Shown here: positions 59,495 through 64,000 of the stretch, one piece after another
Layout of the letters: the number at the start of each line of letters is the position of its first letter
How positions within the stretch are numbered: the stretch's first letter is position 1
Assembly: GCA_045606105.1 (NCBI GenBank)
Contig: JAZURI010000001.1
Coordinates: forward strand, 127,287-191,286
Length of the DNA stretch: 64,000 nucleotides
Source: Spirochaetia bacterium
Lineage (GTDB): Bacteria > Spirochaetota > Spirochaetia > CADAEX01
Reading direction: 5' to 3'
Notes under the pieces: generated by a model
Seen by the model: only the letters and a program-made list of their open reading frames with translations
Databases searched by the model: none
What the model was told of the DNA's origin: nothing
Translations under genes and position numbers: made by a program

Positions 59495-60726
59495 TGAAAA
59501 ATTTCTGGAAAAAATGGACCGGAACAAGTCTTATCATCAGGATTGTTCTCGGTTTGGTTATCGGTAGCATATTAGGCTTGTGCCTGCCTCAGTTTACAGG
59601 TGTAAGCATTCTGGGTTCCCTTTTCGTAGGTGCCCTTAAGGGAATTGCTCCTGTTCTGGTATTCCTTCTGGTAGTCAGCGCACTGGCCAAGGCCAGCCAG
59701 GGTACAGGCAGCAGATTCAGGACTGTAATTGTCATTTACCTGATAAGTACACTTCTTTCTGCCCTGATTGCGGTTTTTGCCAACTATATGTTTCCTGTTT
59801 CAATCAAGCTCTCTGCTGCGGCATCGGGATCTTCCCCGGAAGGTATTGCAGAGGTTCTCAGGAACGTGCTCAACAATGTGGTTTCCAACCCGGTTAAATC
59901 CATTGCAGATGCAAACTATATCGGTATCCTTTTCTGGGCCATCATCACAGGTGTATGTCTCAAGAAGCTTGCCACCGATAAGACAGTTCAGAGCGTTACC
60001 GAATTTGCAGACAGTGCTTCCATGATCGTACGTGCAATCATCCAGTTTGCACCGTTGGGTATCTGCGGTCTGGTATTCTCTTCCGTATCCGAAAGCGGAC
60101 TTGAGATCTTTACAGACTACGGAAAGCTGGTAATCATCCTGGTAAGCTGCATGTTCTTCGTGGCTCTGGTAGTCAATCCTGTTATCGTGTTCATCTTCCT
60201 CAGGAAGAACCCTTATCCTCTGGTTTTCAGATGTCTCAGGGAAAGCGGAATCACAGCATTCTTCACCAGAAGCTCTGCCGCAAACATTCCTGTTAATATG
60301 CAGCTCTGCGAAAAGCTCGGACTCGAAAAGGACTTCTATTCCGTAAGTATTCCTCTGGGAGCTACAGTAAACATGAGCGGTGCAGCCATCACCATTACAA
60401 TCATGACATTGGTGGTATGTAACACATTGGGAATCAGCGTGGACTTCGGTTCCGCACTTATCCTCAGTATCCTTTCCACAGTAGCGGCATGCGGTACATC
60501 CGGTGTGGCAGGAGGTTCCATCCTTCTTATCCCTATGGCATGTTCTCTCTTCGGAATCGGCAATGACGTGGCAATGCAGGCTGTTGCGGTAGGATTCATC
60601 ATCGGTGTTATCCAGGACTCCGTGGAAACAGCTCTCAACTCAAGCAGCGACGTAGTGTTCACAACTACAGCCGAGTTCTTTGAGGATCTGAAAAAAGGAA
60701 AGAAAATCAGTATCTCAGGAAAGTAA
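59494..60726 (+). CDS. sstT: Serine/threonine transporter
   Basis: FTRSSAANIPVN, NMSG, QDSVETALNSSSD. Confidence 0.93.
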   Translation: MKNFWKKWTGTSLIIRIVLGLVIGSILGLCLPQFTGVSILGSLFVGALKGIAPVLVFLLVVSALAKASQGTGSRFRTVIVIYLISTLLSALIAVFANYMFPVSIKLSAAASGSSPEGIAEVLRNVLNNVVSNPVKSIADANYIGILFWAIITGVCLKKLATDKTVQSVTEFADSASMIVRAIIQFAPLGICGLVFSSVSESGLEIFTDYGKLVIILVSCMFFVALVVNPVIVFIFLRKNPYPLVFRCLRESGITAFFTRSSAANIPVNMQLCEKLGLEKDFYSVSIPLGATVNMSGAAITITIMTLVVCNTLGISVDFGSALILSILSTVAACGTSGVAGGSILLIPMACSLFGIGNDVAMQAVAVGFIIGVIQDSVETALNSSSDVVFTTTAEFFEDLKKGKKISISGK

Positions 60727-61194
60727 AAGCCTGAGTGAGCGGCAGACCTGTTCTGCCGTATACATCTTATAATCGTTTCTTGACGGCAGGGGTGGGATTC
60801 CGATGAAAAAGTCGGCAGTTCTGCCCCTGTAGTTTATGGCGTAGAAAACCTGTCCCGGCACCCCCTCAGGATTGGCCGGATCTGCATTGCCGAAAGTCCC
60901 CGTTATACCTATACCTATGTCGGCCCCGAAGCGCTCACGGCACGCACAGCCCATCTCTGCAGCCGTTTCCCCGGAATAGACACCGTATTTTTCTATGGTT
61001 TCTCCGGAAACCCCGCACCTTATCTTGGCCTCGTTGCCGTATGTGACAAACGCCCCCCTGAAAACGGCAGAAGCCCCCTCCGTATCTGTAATAAGGGAAG
61101 CCACCAGCCCCGATGTGCAGCTCTCCATGGTGGCGACGGAAATGTTCCTGTCTATAAGAAGCTGAGTCAGCTCCCTGAAATCTTCGGCAATCAT
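60715..61194 (-). CDS. CinA-C / PncC nicotinamide-nucleotide amidohydrolase family
   Basis: ESCTSG, VTYGNEAK, GVYS, GITG. Confidence 0.85.
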   Translation of the reverse strand: MIAEDFRELTQLLIDRNISVATMESCTSGLVASLITDTEGASAVFRGAFVTYGNEAKIRCGVSGETIEKYGVYSGETAAEMGCACRERFGADIGIGITGTFGNADPANPEGVPGQVFYAINYRGRTADFFIGIPPLPSRNDYKMYTAEQVCRSLRLLLS

Positions 61195-61308
61195 AATTGC
61201 TTTATAGCCCCTTTTTGCCGGGATGTCAAATATTTGCATAAAATAAAACATTAATTAAAAAATGTATCAAAAATATGGTATAATAGAAGAAGAGCATCTA
61301 GATTTAGA

Positions 61309-61530
61309 TTGAAAGATGACAAGAAGTTGCAGAAACTGGCACAAAGTTGCGATCCAAAGATATTTACAGAAAGTATTTTCCCTAAAACCTTTGAAGCTGT
61401 GGCACAGGATAGTTTTACGGAACAGACTGAAGCATTCATTACTTTGTTTCAGAACAAGAGTAAATATAATGCTATTATGACAGCATTAAGTAAATTGTTG
61501 TTTAAAGAATTTAACAGACCATCAAGATAA
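61309..61530 (+). pseudogene. Probable C-terminal relic of a type I restriction subunit R (HsdR)
   Basis: DPKIFTESIFPKTF...LFQNKSKYNAIM resembles HsdR C-termini I recall; isolated AT-rich fragment. Confidence 0.5.
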
Positions 61531-61559
61531 AAGCCCTGCTTTAATTCCATCTGTCAAAC

Positions 61560-61615
61560 AGTTTGCACACTAATCGTTGAAGTTTGCACACTAAAGTGCA
61601 GAATCTGCACACTCA
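61560..61615. repeat. Three TGCACACT-core repeats at 21-bp period
   Basis: Cores at 61564, 61585 and 61606; first two share AGTTTGCACACTAA. Confidence 0.75.
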
Positions 61616-62491
61616 GCCTAAAATCTGCAGGTATTGGTCCAGTCTCCTGTTCAGGTATTCTGCAAAGAGCTTTATCATTTTTTCCTTGTCGGCAAAGGAA
61701 TCATAGTATCTCATCCTGTCTGTAAACTTGATATCGATAGGGGGATAGCCTGCTTTCATCAGCTCCAGGTTTACTATTAGGCGGCCTGTTCTCCCATTGC
61801 CGTCAATAAACGGATGGATTGATTCAAATCCTATATGAAGCTCAGCAAGCTTTATCACTATATTCCGTCTGTCTTCTGCATAATTCTTCATAAGGTCATT
61901 CATTTTTGCCTCTATCAGATACGGCTGTACCGGATTATGCTTTGCTCCGTGGATGCGTACCGGAATCCTTCGGTATATTCCTCTGTCAAACGGTCTGTCT
62001 GCCAGTACCAGGGAATGTATCTGCTTTATTACGCTTTCGCAGAGAGGATAGCTGTTCTTTACCAGATGACAAATAAAGTAAAATGCCTCCTTGTGTCCCA
62101 CGGCTTCCATATGATCCTTCAGCGGCTTCCTGTCTATGGTCAGCCCTTTCAGAACCATGTCGGTTTCCCGTAAAGTAAGCGTGTTACCCTCTATGGCATT
62201 TGAATTATATGTGTACTCGATCATGAAATCTTCATGTAGCTTGGAAACTTCTCCCTCTGTAAGGGGTCTTCTTATGTCAAGTTCCTTTTTCTTCCGTTCA
62301 ATCAGCTCCAGAAGGCTCTCTTTTCCCTTGATTCGTCCGTCTGCCGGTTTTTTTGCATTTTCCGGAATAATCCAGAGTTTTCCCTTCTGTATGCATCCTT
62401 CGATTTTTCCGTCCCGGCACAGTACCCGGACACGGCGCTGGGAAATTCCCCATTTTTCAGAAGCTTCCTTTGTAGTCATGGCTATTTTCAT
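61613..62491 (-). CDS. Fic family protein with N-terminal HTH_17-like domain
   Basis: HPFIDGNGRTGR; SNAIEGN inhibitory motif; EASEKWGISQRRVRVLC. Confidence 0.92.
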   Translation of the reverse strand: MKIAMTTKEASEKWGISQRRVRVLCRDGKIEGCIQKGKLWIIPENAKKPADGRIKGKESLLELIERKKKELDIRRPLTEGEVSKLHEDFMIEYTYNSNAIEGNTLTLRETDMVLKGLTIDRKPLKDHMEAVGHKEAFYFICHLVKNSYPLCESVIKQIHSLVLADRPFDRGIYRRIPVRIHGAKHNPVQPYLIEAKMNDLMKNYAEDRRNIVIKLAELHIGFESIHPFIDGNGRTGRLIVNLELMKAGYPPIDIKFTDRMRYYDSFADKEKMIKLFAEYLNRRLDQYLQILG

Positions 62492-62516
62492 ACCTCGTTA
62501 CATAGAATATAGCCCC

Positions 62517-62571
62517 TTTCAGGAATAAAGGCAACATTTCAGGAATAATATAAAGCCAATTTCGGGAATAA
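62517..62571. promoter_or_regulatory. Three TTTC(A/G)GGAATAA repeats upstream of fic (putative operators)
   Basis: Copies at 62517, 62537 and 62560. Confidence 0.6.
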
Positions 62572-62588
62572 TACCAACGCTGCGGCAT

Positions 62589-62620
62589 AAAAAAACACCG
62601 TACCTGAAAAGATACGGTGT
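62589..62620 (-). terminator. Intrinsic terminator of the GGGtGRT gene
   Basis: ACACCGTA...TACGGTGT hairpin plus T-run on minus strand. Confidence 0.8.
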
Positions 62621-62642
62621 CTGATGCCGGTAAGAAACCGGA

Positions 62643-63644
62643 TTATTTGTTGAGGGCTTCTGCCACAGCTACAGCCACAGCTACGGATGCGCCAACCATA
62701 GGGTTGTTTCCCATTCCGATAAGTCCCATCATCTCCACGTGTGCCGGTACGGAGGAGGATCCTGCAAACTGTGCATCAGAATGCATTCTTCCCATTGTGT
62801 CTGTCATTCCGTAGGAAGCAGGTCCTGCTGCCATGTTGTCCGGATGAAGTGTTCTTCCTGTACCTCCGCCTGAAGCTACAGAGAAGTATTTCTTGCCCTG
62901 TTCGATGCATTCCTTCTTGTATGTTCCTGCCACAGGATGCTGGAAGCGGGTAGGGTTGGTGGAGTTTCCTGTAATGGAGATATCTACTCCTTCCTTGTGC
63001 ATTACTGCCACTCCCTCTCTTACGTCGTCCACTCCGTAGCACTTTACTGCTGCTCTTTCCCCATCTGAGTATGGGATTTCCTTTACTACCTCAAGCTTTC
63101 CTGTAAAGTAGTCGAATTTTGTCTGTACATATGTGAATCCGTTGATTCTACTGATAATCTGAGCTGCATCCTTTCCCAGGCCGTTGAGGATAACCCTGAG
63201 AGGTGTTTTTCTGGCTCTGTTTGCACTTTTGGCAATACCGATAGCTCCCTCTGCTGCTGCAAAGGATTCGTGTCCTGCCAGGAATGCAAAACAACCGGTC
63301 TCGTCGGAAAGAAGCATGGCTGCCAGGTTTCCGTGTCCCAGTCCTACTTTTCTGTCATCTGCTACCGAACCCGGAATACAGAATGACTGAAGTCCTTCGC
63401 CCAGGGATTTTGCCACATCGTAAGCGCTCTTGTCTCCCTTCTTTATTGCTATGGCGCTTCCCACTGTGTATGCCCATTTGGCGTTTTCAAAACAGATAGG
63501 CTGGATTCCTTCCACGATCTTGGCGATATCAAGCCCTTTTTCTTCACAGATTTTCTTTGTCTCCTCGATGGAAGAGATTCCGTATTTATTCAGAACTGCA
63601 AGGATCTGAGCTTCCCTGCGTTCGTAGCTTTCAAACAATGCCAT
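62643..63644 (-). CDS. GGGtGRT protein
   Basis: SGGGTGRTLHPDN signature; MALFESYERR start. Confidence 0.93.
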   Translation of the reverse strand: MALFESYERREAQILAVLNKYGISSIEETKKICEEKGLDIAKIVEGIQPICFENAKWAYTVGSAIAIKKGDKSAYDVAKSLGEGLQSFCIPGSVADDRKVGLGHGNLAAMLLSDETGCFAFLAGHESFAAAEGAIGIAKSANRARKTPLRVILNGLGKDAAQIISRINGFTYVQTKFDYFTGKLEVVKEIPYSDGERAAVKCYGVDDVREGVAVMHKEGVDISITGNSTNPTRFQHPVAGTYKKECIEQGKKYFSVASGGGTGRTLHPDNMAAGPASYGMTDTMGRMHSDAQFAGSSSVPAHVEMMGLIGMGNNPMVGASVAVAVAVAEALNK

Positions 63645-63653
63645 TTCTCTTCC

Positions 63654-64000
63654 TCACTCTTTTCTAGGATCGATAAGTCTGACAGCACCCTGTTCCGGTG
63701 TGGTTCTTCCGTACTGTCCCCTTGCTTTTTCCATTGCATCGGCAGGGTTGTCTCCCTTTTTGATAAAGTCCATCATTTTTCCGAAGTTGATGAATTTGTA
63801 TCCGATAATAGCTCCGTCCTTGTCCACTGCAACCTTTTCCACATAACCTTCTGCCATTTCAAGGTAGCGAGGTCCTGTCTTCACTGTTGCAAACATGGTT
63901 CCCACCTGGCTTCTGAGTCCTTTTCCCAGGTCTTCGAGCGATGCACCTACCACCAGGCCTCCCTCAGAGAATGCAGACTGAGATCTTCCGTATACTATCT
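63654..64000 (-). CDS. NifU/IscU-like protein usually paired with GGGtGRT (5' part outside window)
   Basis: GRSQSAFSEGGL.VGASLEDLGKGLRSQVGT...IDPRKE C-terminus. Confidence 0.75.
   Translation of the reverse strand, partial: IVYGRSQSAFSEGGLVVGASLEDLGKGLRSQVGTMFATVKTGPRYLEMAEGYVEKVAVDKDGAIIGYKFINFGKMMDFIKKGDNPADAMEKARGQYGRTTPEQGAVRLIDPRKE

Noticed and set aside
61560-62571. Short repeat clusters as a possible CRISPR array
   Set aside because: Units are 8-14 bp with 7-13 bp gaps, only three copies each, and there are no cas genes.

Overview
A 64-kb chromosomal segment of an anaerobic spirochaete (Spirochaetia). The assignment rests on a class I LysRS, a tRNA-Lys with G2-U71, tRNA-Arg(UCG) and spirochaete-type lipoproteins. 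Core genes include icd, tkt, cca, lysS, an RND pump, tig-clpP-clpX-argF, a UvrD helicase, purL/purQ, sstT and six tRNAs, none with an encoded CCA. Two accessory patches stand out. The first (about 34.5-45.4 kb) lies downstream of a GATase-less guaA and holds a Crp/Fnr-thioredoxin module, an odd DAACS fusion, pseudogenes, a PIN TA pair and a PD-(D/E)XK + GmrSD-like defence cassette. The second (about 61.3-62.6 kb) holds an HsdR relic and an HTH-Fic gene. The most interesting signals are: an RHH/Zn-finger regulator with its own operator heading znuABC; a Crp/Fnr mini-regulon with two near-identical sites at identical promoter spacing; a DAACS transporter with degenerate motifs fused to a kinase-like domain; an AEP-transaminase-like gene divergent from a TAXI-TRAP transporter; a two-repeat lipoprotein; and about 10 apparently leaderless genes. 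All family calls come from motif recognition by eye, with no database searches.
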